DNA of 64,000 nucleotides from NCBI GenBank assembly GCA_964016885.1, contig OZ024755.1:4154001-4218000 (forward strand), given 5' to 3'. The translations under genes and the position numbers were made by a program. The notes below the pieces were generated by a model, which saw nothing but the letters and a program-made list of their open reading frames with translations, was not told where the DNA came from and searched no databases. Below, in pieces: positions 25,676 through 38,973 of this stretch. Numbering within the stretch: position 1 is the stretch's first letter; the number at the start of each line of letters is the position of its first letter. Origin of the DNA: Eledone cirrhosa. Taxonomy: Eukaryota.

Positions 25676-25740
25676 TATTTTATCTGATGAAAGCACACCA
25701 TAATTTAACTTGGTGTCCTTGAAATATGTATAATGAAATA
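25676..25740 (+). ncRNA. Type I hammerhead ribozyme (element 25531-25782)
   Basis: TATTTTAT-CTGATGA-AAGCACACCA(TAATTTAACT)TGGTGTCCTT-GAAA-TATGTA-TA-ATGAAATA; 8-bp stem I. Confidence 0.8.
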
Positions 25741-25918
25741 AATATGGTTTTATAAATATAGTTTCCATTTGTTAATATATCGTATATATATATATATTTA
25801 TATATATATGTATATATATATATTTATATATATATTTATATATATTTATATATTTATATATATATTTATATATATTTATATATATATTTATATATATTTA
25901 TATATATATTTATATATA

Positions 25919-26257
25919 TCATCATCTTTTTTATCAACATCCGCTTTTTCCCTGCTTGCAAGGGTGGGATGGGAACTGATGCTGGCTTGATTTCTACAGC
26001 TGGATGCCCTTCCTAACACCAACCTCATTTTACAGTGAGTGCTGGGTGCTTTTTTGCCGTGGCACCTCCACGACCACTTTACAGTGGAATGATAGGGACA
26101 CCAGTCCCTATCATCTCATTTCTACAGCTGAGTAAACTGGAGCAATGTGAAATAAAGTGCCTTGCTCAAGGAAACAACACATCACCCGGTCTGAGAATTG
26201 AACTCACAACCTTTCGATTGCAAGGCCAATGCTCTAACCACTAAGCCATGTGCCTCC

Positions 26258-26258
<1 letters not shown>
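25919..26258 (-). mobile_element. Full-length family B tRNA-SINE
   Basis: Reverse complement of 24237-24577 with few differences. Confidence 0.85.
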
Positions 26259-26311
<53 letters not shown>

Positions 26312-26324
26312 TTATATATATATT

Positions 26325-26415
<91 letters not shown>

Positions 26416-26508
26416 GTAGAACACTGGAAGGTAATATCTGTAGTAGTAGAGCACTCAGTCCATGGGACGAGTTAGGTAGAAGTGGTTACACAACAGTTAG
26501 TTCACCAT

Positions 26509-26550
26509 CCCGAGAACATTTGTTTCACCTTAGCGGATCCTCAGCTCGGA
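26509..26550 (-). ncRNA. Type I hammerhead ribozyme (element 26412-26557)
   Basis: Minus strand TCCGAG-CTGAGGA-TCCGCTAAGGT-GAAA-CAAATG-TT-CTCGGG. Same family as 17301-17521. Confidence 0.75.
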
Positions 26551-26555
26551 ATGGG

Positions 26556-26677
<122 letters not shown>

Positions 26678-26746
26678 CATGTAAAGTTATATTTAAAATT
26701 GTTGGGTTACAACTAGTAAATATTTATAACTGATATAAAAGCATTG

Positions 26747-26812
26747 TATTTTGTCTGATGAAGGCATAGCATATTGTTAATATGATATCCCCGAAATATA
26801 TATAATGAAATA
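26747..26812 (+). ncRNA. Type I hammerhead ribozyme (element 26682-26852)
   Basis: TATTTTGT-CTGATGA-AGGCATAGCATATT(GTT)AATATGATATCCCC-GAAA-TATATA-TA-ATGAAATA. Confidence 0.7.
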
Positions 26813-26852
26813 AATATGGTTTTATAAATATAGTTTTCCATTTATTTAATAT

Positions 26853-26941
26853 TGTATATTTATATATATATATTTGTATTGTATATGTATGTGTGTATAT
26901 ATATATATATTTATATGTATATATATGTATATTTATATATT

Positions 26942-26999
<58 letters not shown>

Positions 27000-27116
27000 T
27001 GTATTGTATATGTACATGTATATATATATATATATTTATATGTATATGTATATATATATATATTTATATGTATATGTATATATATATTTATATGTATATG
27101 TATATATATATATATT

Positions 27117-27191
<75 letters not shown>

Positions 27192-27678
27192 GTATATGTA
27201 TATATTTATATATATATATGTATATATATATATGTATATATGTATATATATTTATATTTGTATATGTGTATATATATTTATATTTGTATATATGTATATA
27301 TATATAAATATGTATATATATTTATATGTATATATATATGTATATATGTATATATATTTATATGTATATATATATGTATATATGTATATATATTTATATG
27401 TATATATATGTATATATATTTATATATATATATATATATACATACATATATATATATATACATATATATAATATATTACATATATATCTATATATTACAT
27501 ATATATCTATATATAATATATATATATAATATAATGTATATATATATATATAATGTATATATATATATATATATATAATATATTACATATATATCTCTCT
27601 CTCTCTCTCTATATATATATATACATATATATATAATATATTATATATATATAATATATTATATATATATAATATATT

Positions 27679-27722
<44 letters not shown>

Positions 27723-27730
27723 AATATAAA
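26853..27730. repeat. Long degenerate (TA)n tract
   Basis: Directly visible. Confidence 0.95.
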
Positions 27731-27896
27731 TTAGCGAGAATCGTATTTCGGCTTAGGAATTTTCGAAAATCAACTTCCGAGATGTGTGGCAAGTGCTTAA
27801 TAAGGCCAAACAAACTGAGACGATGGTTAAACAATCATCTGCACAGCCATTAAAACGACCAATATATATATCTATATATAATATATATATATATAT

Positions 27897-28213
27897 ATTT
27901 ATGTAATAAACAATATAAGGCAATTATTTCATTTACCAGTGGTTTTTTAAAAGCTTTCAATCATCAGAATGAAAAAATCCTGGTGTATTTATTGGTATTG
28001 GATTTAAAAACAAACTTTGTTTTTAAATCCAATACCAATAAATACACCAGGATTTTTTCATTCTGATGATTGAAAGCAAAATTTGTTTGCTTTTAAGAAA
28101 CCACTGGTAAATGAAATAATTGCCTTATGTTGTTTATTACATAACTATTAAGCTCTGTTACCTACATAGAGCACTCTTTTTTCCTGGACTTTTCCAACGG
28201 AATTACTCCATTT
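27897..28213. mobile_element. Fold-back element with two divergent hammerheads
   Basis: Arms about 27900-28014 and 28016-28143 are reverse complements. The right arm has an intact HHR; the left has a shortened stem II and GAAA changed to AAAA. (TA)n on both sides. Confidence 0.85.
28056..28116 (+). ncRNA. Complete type I hammerhead ribozyme
   Basis: TTTCATT-CTGATGA-TTGAAAGCAAA(ATTTG)TTTGCTTTTAA-GAAA-CC(ACT)GG-TA-AATGAAA: 7-bp stem I, 11-bp stem II, 3-bp stem III, GUA site after 28109. Confidence 0.88.
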
Positions 28214-28233
28214 ATAATATATATATATATATA

Positions 28234-28308
<75 letters not shown>

Positions 28309-28588
28309 ATATATATGTGTATGTGTGTATTTCTTTTACAAGATTTCTTATTTGAAACCGTGTGTTGAAATAGTTATTGTTATACTTTGGAAGGGTCATG
28401 CTGCCAATAAAAAAACATGCACCTGTTGATTTTCACTACAATTCATTATAAACTTCCAGTTAATAAACAAATAAACAAGCATCCAGTTATTAAACTAACC
28501 AGCTGGATGTTTAAAATAAACTGAAATGACAGATGCATGTGTTTTTATTGGCAGCATGACTCTCTCAAAGTATAACATTATATATATC

Positions 28589-29735
28589 ATAAGAGCAGTT
28601 AAAGAGCTCAAATGTGGCATGGTTGCTGGGGAAGATGTAATTTGACTCGAGATGTTAAAAGCCTTGAATAGAGAAGCTATTCTCTGGTTGTCTTGTGTTT
28701 GCTGGGTGGCCTGGATCTCTGGAGAGGCACCTAAGCAACAGCAATCAGGAGTAATTATCCCAATTTTTAAAAAGGGGGACAAGAGAGATTGTTCCAATTA
28801 TAGAGGGATCTCCTTATTAAGCCTCCCCAGTAAAGTCTATGCTAAGTGTCTGGCAAAGAGATGCAGGGAGATTGTCAAGTCAAAGCTAGTTGATTAATAG
28901 TGCAGTTTTCGCCCCAGATGCAGCACAGCTGATCAAATATTTACACTGCGGCAAGTCTTTGAGAAATCATGTGAGTATTGCCAACAGGTATATTTAGTTT
29001 TGTATACCTTGAATAGGCATATGATCACATTCTTCAATATCTGCTGTGGACGGTTCTGTAGATGGTCAGCTTCTTGTTGTCCTGATGTCTTTATACGAAT
29101 AATTGGATAAATGGTGCTAAATCGAAACCATTCAATGTGGGAGGTGGACTCTGCCTGCCAAGGGTGCATACTGTCACCTCTCCTGTTCATTATTTTCATG
29201 AATAGGATTGACATGCTCTGCCGGGTTAGAAGCGGTATTACAATTGGCAGGTGTAAAATCAGTCAGCTGGAATTTTCAGACAACATGGTGTTACTTAACT
29301 CGACAGAAGATGATCTCCAACTTGCACTTGATAGGTTTGATGCCAAGTGCTGCATGGTTGGAATGAAAATCATTGCTGCAAAATCTGAGACACTCGTCCT
29401 TTCAAGGAAGCCTGCACAGTGCACTCTACAAGTGAATGAAGTTCCACTAAAGCAGGTAGAGAAGTTCAAGTATCTCGGGACCGTGTTCACGAGTGATGGA
29501 AAGCAGGAGGCTGAATTAAGTGCAAGAACTTTAGGAGCTGGTGCAGTTATGTGCCAGCTTCAACATTCAGTTATCAGAAGAAGAGAGATAGATGTAAAAG
29601 CCAAACTCGCTATCTTCAATTCGGTATTCGTGCCAAACCTTACTTACCTATGGTCATGAATCTTGGGTAATGACCGAAAGTATACAATTGCAAATACAAA
29701 TGGCTGAAATGGAGTTCCTTCAAAGAAGGCCTCAG
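28589..29735 (+). mobile_element. RTE-clade LINE reverse-transcriptase pseudogene fragment
   Basis: PIFKKGDKRDCSNYRGISLLS, FRPRCSTADQIFTLRQ, QGCILSPLLF, FSDN (decayed YADD) and FKYLG motifs, with stops and frameshifts. Confidence 0.92.
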
Positions 29736-29914
29736 AGTAATTGTTAATAACAACATAACCTCAGTTACTCATATAAACAACAAAGTTGACATGGCCCACA
29801 GGTTGTATTCCTGGATTCTCACAACTTTCCAGTCATGAGATATCCACACCATTATCCTTCTTTTCTCTACTTTTTCCCAGCCCCTCCTTCAATACTTCTG
29901 TCCACTGTGGTCTC

Positions 29915-30395
29915 CCCATATGAAATAAAGCAAAAAAGATACAAAGCATTACAGACCTTGACTATTGGGATCGACTAGAAAAGCTCAAACACTATTCTCT
30001 CCAACACCGCTGTGAGCGCTATATTCTCTGCATGATGTGTAAAATATTCCATCAGCATTGCCCAAATAATGTTGGCATCATCTTAAAATACACCTAAGGC
30101 CCCATGCTATCTGCCCACAACAAAAATCAAACTTGCATCTCATAACAACATTATGGCACAATTATTTTACATAAAAACAGAAACAGATACCATAAAATTC
30201 AAAAAGGCTTTGGACAAATTCCTCCAACAAATTCCAGATAAACTCCCTAGACCTGGATATGTCTCTGAAAACAATAATTCTCTACTTGAGTGGGCCATGG
30301 TGTCCAAATCATGATTTGAAAGACTTCACTATGTGGTGTTATTAACTTAGACATGGCTGTGGCCAATAATGGCCGAAAATTATCAAAGTTAAAAT
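29915..30395 (+). mobile_element. CR1/L2-like LINE 3' end fragment
   Basis: Translates to LDYWDRLEKLKHYSLQHRCERY...KFKKALDKFLQQIPD, typical of the C-terminus of CR1-group ORF2. Confidence 0.7.
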
Positions 30396-31508
30396 TATAT
30401 ATATATATGTTTGTTGAGTGAGATGGAGTTGGTCAGAGTATCGCTTAAGGTTTTCTCTGTTAATGTATTAAATATGTATATATATATATATATATATAAA
30501 TAGATAATATATATATGTTGGTACCACAACATCCAGTCCGAAACAAATGAGGTCGTGTAGGTGTCACGACAAAAAAATACACAGTCCACGCTGTAATGTG
30601 GCCGTGTAGGTAACAAGGTAAAAACCTCCCAGTCCACACTGTAAACGTGGTTGGTGTTAGGAAGGGCATCCAGCCGTAGAACACCCGCCAGACAGTCCTG
30701 AGCAAGACAACCAATCTTGCCTCAAGTGGGAAAATTCCCGTCCAAACCCATGCAAGCGTGGAAGATGGACGTTAAACGATGATGATGATATAGAGTTATA
30801 TATATATTATATACACATATGTATCATACATGTATATAATTGTTTCTACTTTTGGCACAAGGCCAGCAATTAACCCAGTACATTACTGGTACTTTATTTT
30901 ATCGACCCCGTAAGGATGATAGGCAAAATTAACCTTGGCAGGATAAGTATAAGGCATATTCCTGTGGAGTGGTCGGGTTTGTTGTATGACATGACAATAA
31001 TCGCCCAGCCAATCCTATAAAGTGGGTGTGGTGGCCATAACAAAAACAGTCAGCCAAACCTGTAAAGTGGACATGTTGGTGATACAACAAAAGTGCCCAG
31101 TCCACACTGTAAAGCAGTCGTGTTTGTCATGTGACAAAAATGTGTAGTCCACACTGCAATGTCGTTATTTTGGTGTCATGACAAAAAGCCCCCAGTCCAC
31201 ACTCTAAAGTGGACATGTTGACAGCACAACAAGAAGCACAGTCATCTGATCTTACTTGTCTCACAACAGGACAACCCGTCTAACCCATGCTAGCGTGGAA
31301 AATGGTAATGATGATGAAGATATATTATATGAGTTCAAATCCCGCCGAGGTTAACTTTGCCTTACATCCTTACGGGGTCGATAAAATAAAGTACCAGTAA
31401 TGTACTGAGTGTTTTGCTGGCCTTGTGCCAAAAGTAGAAACAATTATATATATATATATTATATATATATACATATTGTGTGGCGGGTGTGTGCGTGGGT
31501 ATGAGTAC

Positions 31509-31509
<1 letters not shown>

Positions 31510-31593
<84 letters not shown>

Positions 31594-31595
31594 AG
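31510..31595. repeat. (GA)n microsatellite upstream of the cadherin start
   Basis: About 36 GA units, roughly 550 bp upstream of the ATG. Confidence 0.9.
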
Positions 31596-32133
31596 AATGT
31601 GTTATAGAAAAGCCTGTTAAAGTTGTGTCTGACTGCTGAAACGAAAGAAGATATGTGAGATAGGAGGCAGGAGTGAATGAAATAGTAGAGATAGTAGAAG
31701 AGTGATATGTGAGAAGAGTAGAGAGAACGTACGTGCTTAAGAGGTAGAGAGTATTAGAGAGAGAGTAAGAGAGAGTCAGTGCTTAAGAGAGAGAGAGAGA
31801 GAGAGAGATTGTGGAGGTGAAATATGTGAGCAACAAAAGATATGTGGAAAAGAAAGAGAGTAGTAGAGGCAGTGTGTGTATGTATGTATGTATGTATGTA
31901 TGTATGTATATTTATGTGTATGTAGCTGTGAGGAGGAGAAAAATGTCTTGCGCTTCCTCCTACTGCGTGTCTTCTCTGATTCGCTGACACCCTCCTCACA
32001 CAAACTCATTGAGCAAGCAGTTGAGTTGACAAACGAGGCAATAGTTGGAGAAAAAGCAGAGTAAAAAGTAGCTGTCCGTTGTGCTGCTATTTTGTATGAA
32101 GTCTCTCTTGCCACCTTTACATAAAAAGGGACT

Positions 32134-33589
32134 ATGGCGTCTCTGAAAATGGCGTTAACCCTGTTATTTTTACATTCCATCGTTCAACTTACACATTGTA
32201 CGTCCATGGGGTGGATATCGTTACCTTACACAACTCCTTTGGGCCACCCTCTCACCAAGTTTCCATGTCCGCGTCGCCATACCACAGTGACAGGAGGAAT
32301 AAACCACAATAGTAACTACAACACAGAAAACAAAAATAATTATATAGAAACGATAGAAAATTCAAACGAACTCACAACACAACCACAAAAGTTTGAATTA
32401 ATAGCAACACTTGCCGATGACAGTACGACGGCGAGTTTTAAACATTCTTCTAATACTCCTAAACTATCTACTTTGTTTTTATTTGACGACACAGACTGTG
32501 AATTGCTTGTGAATGGCAATTTGAGTTCTTGGCGAGGCCACAATATCTCGTTAAACATTTCTTTTGATATACACTATCACTTTATCGTTCATATTTCAAA
32601 CACTCTACCTAATACAAAGTTAAAGTTTCATAAAAATGCGTATGTTGGTTCTATATTAGAAAACCAACCTACTGGTACATATATTCGGGGTTTAAAACAT
32701 CTTTATGCTGTGGCAGCCTTAAAAACTACCTCTTCAAATATTTTACCCGAAGATATAAAATATCATATCCTCAGACCACAATATGCCAAGAAAACTTTCG
32801 GCCTTAACGTTAAGTCTGATGGACTAGTACAAATCTTCTCTAAAATGTCACTTGACCGCGAAAAACGACCATTTTACCTGTTGATTATAGAGGCTATTGG
32901 ACCCCAGGGAAGTTTTGCCACTACCAATATCCGCGTGGATATTTTAGACATTGACGATTCAACTCCCGTAATAAAGAAAAAAATATACACAGCTTTGATC
33001 AACAAAAACACACCTGTCGGTACCGCTTTATTTCGAGTTTCTGCCCATGATCCTGACCATATTAACAATCGGATTACATATAGTATAGACAGACACAAAT
33101 ACTCGAGTCATTTTGCAATAAATCCGTCCAATGGGTTTATTTATACCACCAAGTCGATACATCAATCTGTGGATTTTCCTTTGCTCAAAGTTCGTGCAAC
33201 AGACGATTCTGGACATCAAAGCCGGCCTTCTTTTGTTAAAATTAGGGTAAACAACGCTTATAGAAATCCAATTCGGCATATGTTTAATCCTACACACTTA
33301 CGGGTGCCTATTGGAGATACAGCTTCTTCCAATTCTCCAATTGTACAGGTGAGGAGAAGGAGGGCCTCCGTATCTAATGGTAAATTTGAAGTCCGTGAAT
33401 CTGACACGGGTGACCTGTTCAACGTGTCCGTTGCAGACTCTTTATACAAATATTATCTTGTAGACGACCCTTCAGGGTGGTTTACAATTGGATCTGATAC
33501 AGGAATTGTTAGTATTTTACCTGGGAAATCTATAGATTACGATACCTACCAGACGGTTGATTTAAAATTCAATATTACCAATGGCACTA
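32134..33589 (+). CDS. Neural/type III classical cadherin-like protein, first coding exon
   Basis: Long non-repetitive ORF: signal peptide MASLKMALTLLFLHSIVQLTHC; cadherin motifs ENQPTGT, LDRE, DIDDSTP, SAHDPD, FAINPSNG, RATD; RRRR at 33352-33363; a further repeat (FTIGSDTG, IDYD). Donor A/GTAAGT at 33590 (phase 1). The ORF tail to 33630 is likely intronic. The subfamily call is less certain than the cadherin call. Confidence 0.9.
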
Positions 33590-34319
33590 GTAAGTATAAA
33601 AATAGAAAAATAGCTTTAAAGTTGTTTTAATATTAAATATTTTCTAAAATATTGTTGATATTTTCATAAACTAGCTCTATCTTGTGTCTTTGTGCTGGTA
33701 AAATATTTGGTGAAATTTGTTTCAAAACAAATGTAGCTTTGTTCGAGTAACGTAGACACCGACAATTAATAAATATTTCTTCGTGTTAATACATAAACTT
33801 CCAAAGCTATTTTGTACCTTGTTACACCTCAATATCCTTATGAAATACTTATTTTCCTTTTATATTTTAATTAACTTTTTATTAAATAACAAACGTCCGT
33901 ATTTGCACCTCTACCTGGTTATCTTCCATAAGTTTAACTATATATATATAGAGAGAGAGCTACCTCGATACCCACTCTGCATCACCCTATGTATTGAGTA
34001 CTCCCAGCACCGCAGACTATATATATATATATATATAATCAGGATTTTACCAGTTTGAAACTAGTAAGAGCATGATTCAGCAGAGTACTCGATACTTGGG
34101 GTAGTAGTGTGACTATATTAGAGTCAAAGCCCGAAGGCTGAGCTCTTGCCATTTCGATAACTAATTTCAGACTAATATATATATATATATATATATAAGG
34201 GTTAAAATACTGGAGCGTGTTGGAGTTAAACACCCTCTTCGTATTATAGAAATGACAGTAAAAGGTATAGCTCAATGTAATTAAACAGAGCCGAAGAATT
34301 ATGAAAGTATATATAAATA

Positions 34320-34507
34320 AAGTTTATCCCGGGTTCAATCGGGGGTAACCACAGTAAGTAAGGAACTCAATACAAAGCAGAGTATAAATATTTAATATAG
34401 AAAAGGCTTCTACAGGACTACAAGTGTTTCATTCGGAAGAAATCATCAGGGCTTCCTGATTTCTCCCGAATGAAACAGTTCTAGTCCTGTAGAAGCCTTT
34501 TCTATAT

Positions 34508-34510
<3 letters not shown>
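34320..34510. mobile_element. Fold-back element with hammerhead (GTAGTCCTGTAGAAG family)
   Basis: Minus strand CTGATGA-TTTCTTCCGAAT-GAAA-CAC-TT-GTAGTCC (34415-34452) with a damaged mirror on +. Relatives at 38760-38975, 40222-40366 and 44622-44682. Confidence 0.7.
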
Positions 34511-34552
<42 letters not shown>

Positions 34553-34724
34553 AATGACGCTATATCACTTAGACATTAAACGGGCTGTATGTAGTCAACA
34601 TGTTGGTTTCTTTCTGAATCGGAATACCTAACTTCCTCTCCACCCTTCCCCTATCATTTTGTACTACTTTTTACATTCCGTACTCCGTGCCCCTTACTAC
34701 ACATTCCTATTTGGTGTTCTCTGT

Positions 34725-35175
34725 GGTTGGTATTTTTAGATAGGCTCAAATCCCATCGGGGTTAACTTTTGCTAAAGTACCAGTAACGCACTGGGGTCGG
34801 TGCAATCGACTCTAACTCTCCTCTTCAAATTGTTGGCCTTGTGACTAAATCAGAATCCATTACTATTGGATGTTACGGCCCTTTACGGTCTGAGTTCAAA
34901 TCCCGCCGAGGTTAACTTTGCCTTTCATCCTAACGGGGGTTGACAAAATAAAGTACCAGTAATACACTGGATAATTGCTGGCCTTGTGCCAAAAGTAGAA
35001 ACAATTATTATTAGATAGGTAGGTAGGTGGGTGGGCTGAAATCCCGCCGAGGTTAGCTATGCCTTTTATTCCTATGGGGACGGGTCGATAAAATAAAGCA
35101 CCAGTAAGGCACTGGGGTCGATTTAATTGACTTTCCCCTCCTCCTTTCAAAATTGCTGGCCAGGTGCCAAAAAGG
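34725..35175 (+). mobile_element. Cluster of three 5'-truncated family A SINEs
   Basis: Three AAATCCCRYC...AAAGTACCAGTAA...GGCC blocks in succession. Confidence 0.75.
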
Positions 35176-35608
35176 TAAGCTATGGCTGTCACCAATCTGT
35201 ACTTGTCTCCAATCCTGATACAAATACTTATTAGAAATATAATTTACTAATTTCACCTATTTTGATCCAAAGAAACCTTTATTTTCTTTTTTAAAGATTA
35301 CACACACACACACACACACACTGTTATTTGAACTTAACAGTTAACACTTGGAAAATCACCTCTCCCTCCCCATATTTACCATTTATCGATCCCTGTTTAA
35401 AACTTTCTAGTATATATAGAAACTTTCTCTCTGCCATAGATGTTCACCCGTCTGGTTCTATATATATATATATATAATATAAATATATATATATATATAC
35501 TATGCTATATATTAATTTTTTTTATTGTTTTTCTGGGGCGGGTAAGGTAAACGAGGAAAGAAATTTAATCAACCAACTTTACTAAATTGAATTATATATA
35601 TATATATA

Positions 35609-35645
<37 letters not shown>

Positions 35646-36110
35646 ATAAATGTGAAGACTAAAATCCGAAAAGGGCTCGATAGAGTTTCAGAAGATCCCG
35701 TTTAAGGTGAAAGCACCGATTCTTTGCTTAAACTTTAATGTTAATCTGTTATTTTAATATATATATATATAATATAGCTTGGGCAGTCTAATGAGAGTTC
35801 GCCATCGCTGTAGCTTCTCTACCTTGAATATTTTCTGTGTCAGTCATATTAATTAATCCAATTAGACAGGCTTTGATGATGACCTATTAGGTGTTGTTTC
35901 TTTTGTTTTTATAATTATTATTTATTAAAATATAAACCCAGATACGACATACTTATTAATAATTGGAGCTTTATTACAAACATAGAAGTCGTCTCTCTCG
36001 ATAGTGAATATAGGGCGGACTTGTTGAAAGTATTGTAACATATACTCTGGGTATATATATATATATATATATAATTGTGCGCGTGTGTATAACATACCTG
36101 GGTATATATA

Positions 36111-36167
<57 letters not shown>

Positions 36168-36715
36168 ATATGTACATGTGTGTGTATATGTACATGTGTG
36201 TGTATATGTGTGTGTATATATATATGTGTGTGTGGATATATGTATATATGTGTGTGTGTTTGTATAAACCAACAGTTTAGGGATAAAAATGGTGTTTGAT
36301 ATTTTTTTAATAATGTCGTCCAAGTTTCCGGAAAAGGTTTAAACATTTAATGAATCACACTGACAAGTTTAGAGATATAGGGCGAGACTGTAGAAGAGAA
36401 TGAAGGGTGCGGGGGGCGCAATCATACCTGTAGCTCTTAGTTTTATTTTTAAAAAAGGTGATAGCTGGCAGAAATAGCAAAGCTATGGCGGTGGCGGCAA
36501 GGTGCTTGTTACTGTATTTAGTTACACACTTGTACAGTTTGTGTTCGAATACCATCAATCTATATTTTCTGGCCTTTTTATGTTAAGTCTTTATTTTAAC
36601 AGGTAGAGCTTCTATACGTTGTTTCTGGGCCTGATTTTAAATTAAATTTTACTTTTGCTTTAATTTCAAACTTTACATTTTTTCTATTTTTGATAAATAA
36701 GATTGACCTAATATA

Positions 36716-36960
36716 CAGATTGTCCTAAAAAATGTCTACACACTTTGATTACCTGTACAAGCAAAAGGTAGAACTTCTATACGTTGTATCTGGGCCTTAT
36801 TTTAAATTAAATTTTACTTTTTCTTTAATTTCGAACATTACATTTTTTCTATTTTTCATAAATAAGATTGTCCTAAAAAAATGTATACAAACTTTGATTA
36901 CCTGTATAGGCAATATTTATTAGAATTTGAAGTGTGTATACATTTTTTGGGGGGACACCA
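36716..36960. mobile_element. Tc1/mariner-like MITE with local duplication
   Basis: Ends similar to 11744-11836. The internal segment is duplicated at 36600-36705. Confidence 0.55.
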
Positions 36961-37194
36961 TATATATATATTTATTTAGCACACCACATATAAAAGATGA
37001 TTTCGTTTGAAAAAAATGAAAATTATATTGTCCGATTCACCGATTACGTGTTTGTTTTTATTACCGTGTAACAAATAAATAAGATTAAATCGAAATACAT
37101 ACTTATAATTAATTATTGCTAGGAACCGTATAAATATAATTACACAAAAATATACACCAGATTCATTGTGTGTATGTATGTGTATATATATATA

Positions 37195-37612
<418 letters not shown>

Positions 37613-37784
37613 ACACACTTTAGGATTGAGAGGGTTCGTTGGTTTGAGTGTGAAAGACAGAGAGAGAAAGAAGGGAATATGAAGGAAATATGTTCATATT
37701 CTTCAAGCTAGATCTATTGTCAATGATACCCGGCTCCGGTTATATCTAACACTAGGTTATTTCATATAAATTATTATTTATAAT

Positions 37785-37998
37785 GGAATATCTGTATCGG
37801 TAGAGCATCGGACAACACTCTCTGTGGCATAAAGTTACGGCTTTTTACGTTCTGAGTTCAAATCCCGTTGAGGTTAGTTTTACCTTTATCCTTACAGGGT
37901 CGATAAAATAAAGTACCAGTAACGCTCTGGGGTCGATTTAATCGACTTTCCCCCCTTCCCTTCAAATTGCTGGCCTTGTGCCAAAAGTAGAAAGTTAT
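37785..37998 (+). mobile_element. Family A tRNA-SINE
   Basis: Same head and central domain as 5254-5441. Confidence 0.8.
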
Positions 37999-38931
37999 TT
38001 AATGTTTAAATATTTTTGTCTATATAACTTCGTTAAATTACTTGTTGACACTGTACAGAAAATGTTATCTCAAGCATCCTTGAACTGAAAAGATAAAATG
38101 AAATTTCGCCGAATGTTGTCAGTGAGAAACACGTGTTCTAATTGTAGATTGCTCGTTTCTATTTCCTGAGTCCACATTCTGTTTCGTTGTTAAACCTCTT
38201 CGTTTCTTTGTAAAGGATATTTATTTTCTTCTTCAAACTTGTTGAATCTGCGGACACTTGTTTGTAAAGAAAGCAATGCAGAAATATTATGTTGAGTGAC
38301 ACACACAGACACAGAGAGAGAGAGAGCTACATCTGCACACGTGCACTGAAATGAAAACCATCGCACACACGAACACGAAAGACAACACACGCTGATGACA
38401 AGTGCTTTGTGGCCGTTTGGTCTGCTAGAATAAGCAGGCAAATTTTTCCCTTGCATGACATCCAGCTATCTTTAAATAAATAAATAAGGGGTATACATAG
38501 GACAATGGAAGATCCCTTACATTATGGCTGAAAAAAACCCCCCCATAAAAGAAGGGATGTACAAGCACGAATGGCCTTTACTTTTCAAAGAAGGCTCAGA
38601 ATAAACTTGCCGGTCTTTTAGTTCTTTTGTTTTCAATATTTTCCGAAAATCTCTTCGGATTTTTACATTTTAAATTACAAGGATCAGCATAGTTAGTGTT
38701 TACTCTGTGTCCAATATATATATATATATATGTCCAATATATATATATATATATATATTGGACAGTCAGCTTCCTAATGATTTCTCACGAATGAATCAGT
38801 TCTAGTCCTGTAGAAGCTTTTCTATATTATATATATATATATATATGTTTATCCCGGGTTCAATCGGGGGTAACCACAGTAAGTAAGGTACTCAATGCAA
38901 AACAGAGTATAAATATAGCAAAGCTTCTACA

Positions 38932-38973
38932 GGACTATAACTGTTTCATTCGTGAGAAATCATCAGGCAGCCC
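38932..38973 (-). ncRNA. Type I minimal hammerhead
   Basis: Minus strand GGGCTGC-CTGATGA-TTTC(TCAC)GAAT-GAAA-CAG-TT-ATAGTCC. Confidence 0.7.

Noticed and set aside
32340-33449. Antisense ORFs within the cadherin exon
   Set aside because: Short shadow frames with no recognisable motifs.
33590-33630. C-terminal SKYKNRKIALKLF of the 498-aa ORF
   Set aside because: It follows a consensus GTAAGT donor in mid-EC repeat; likely intron read-through.
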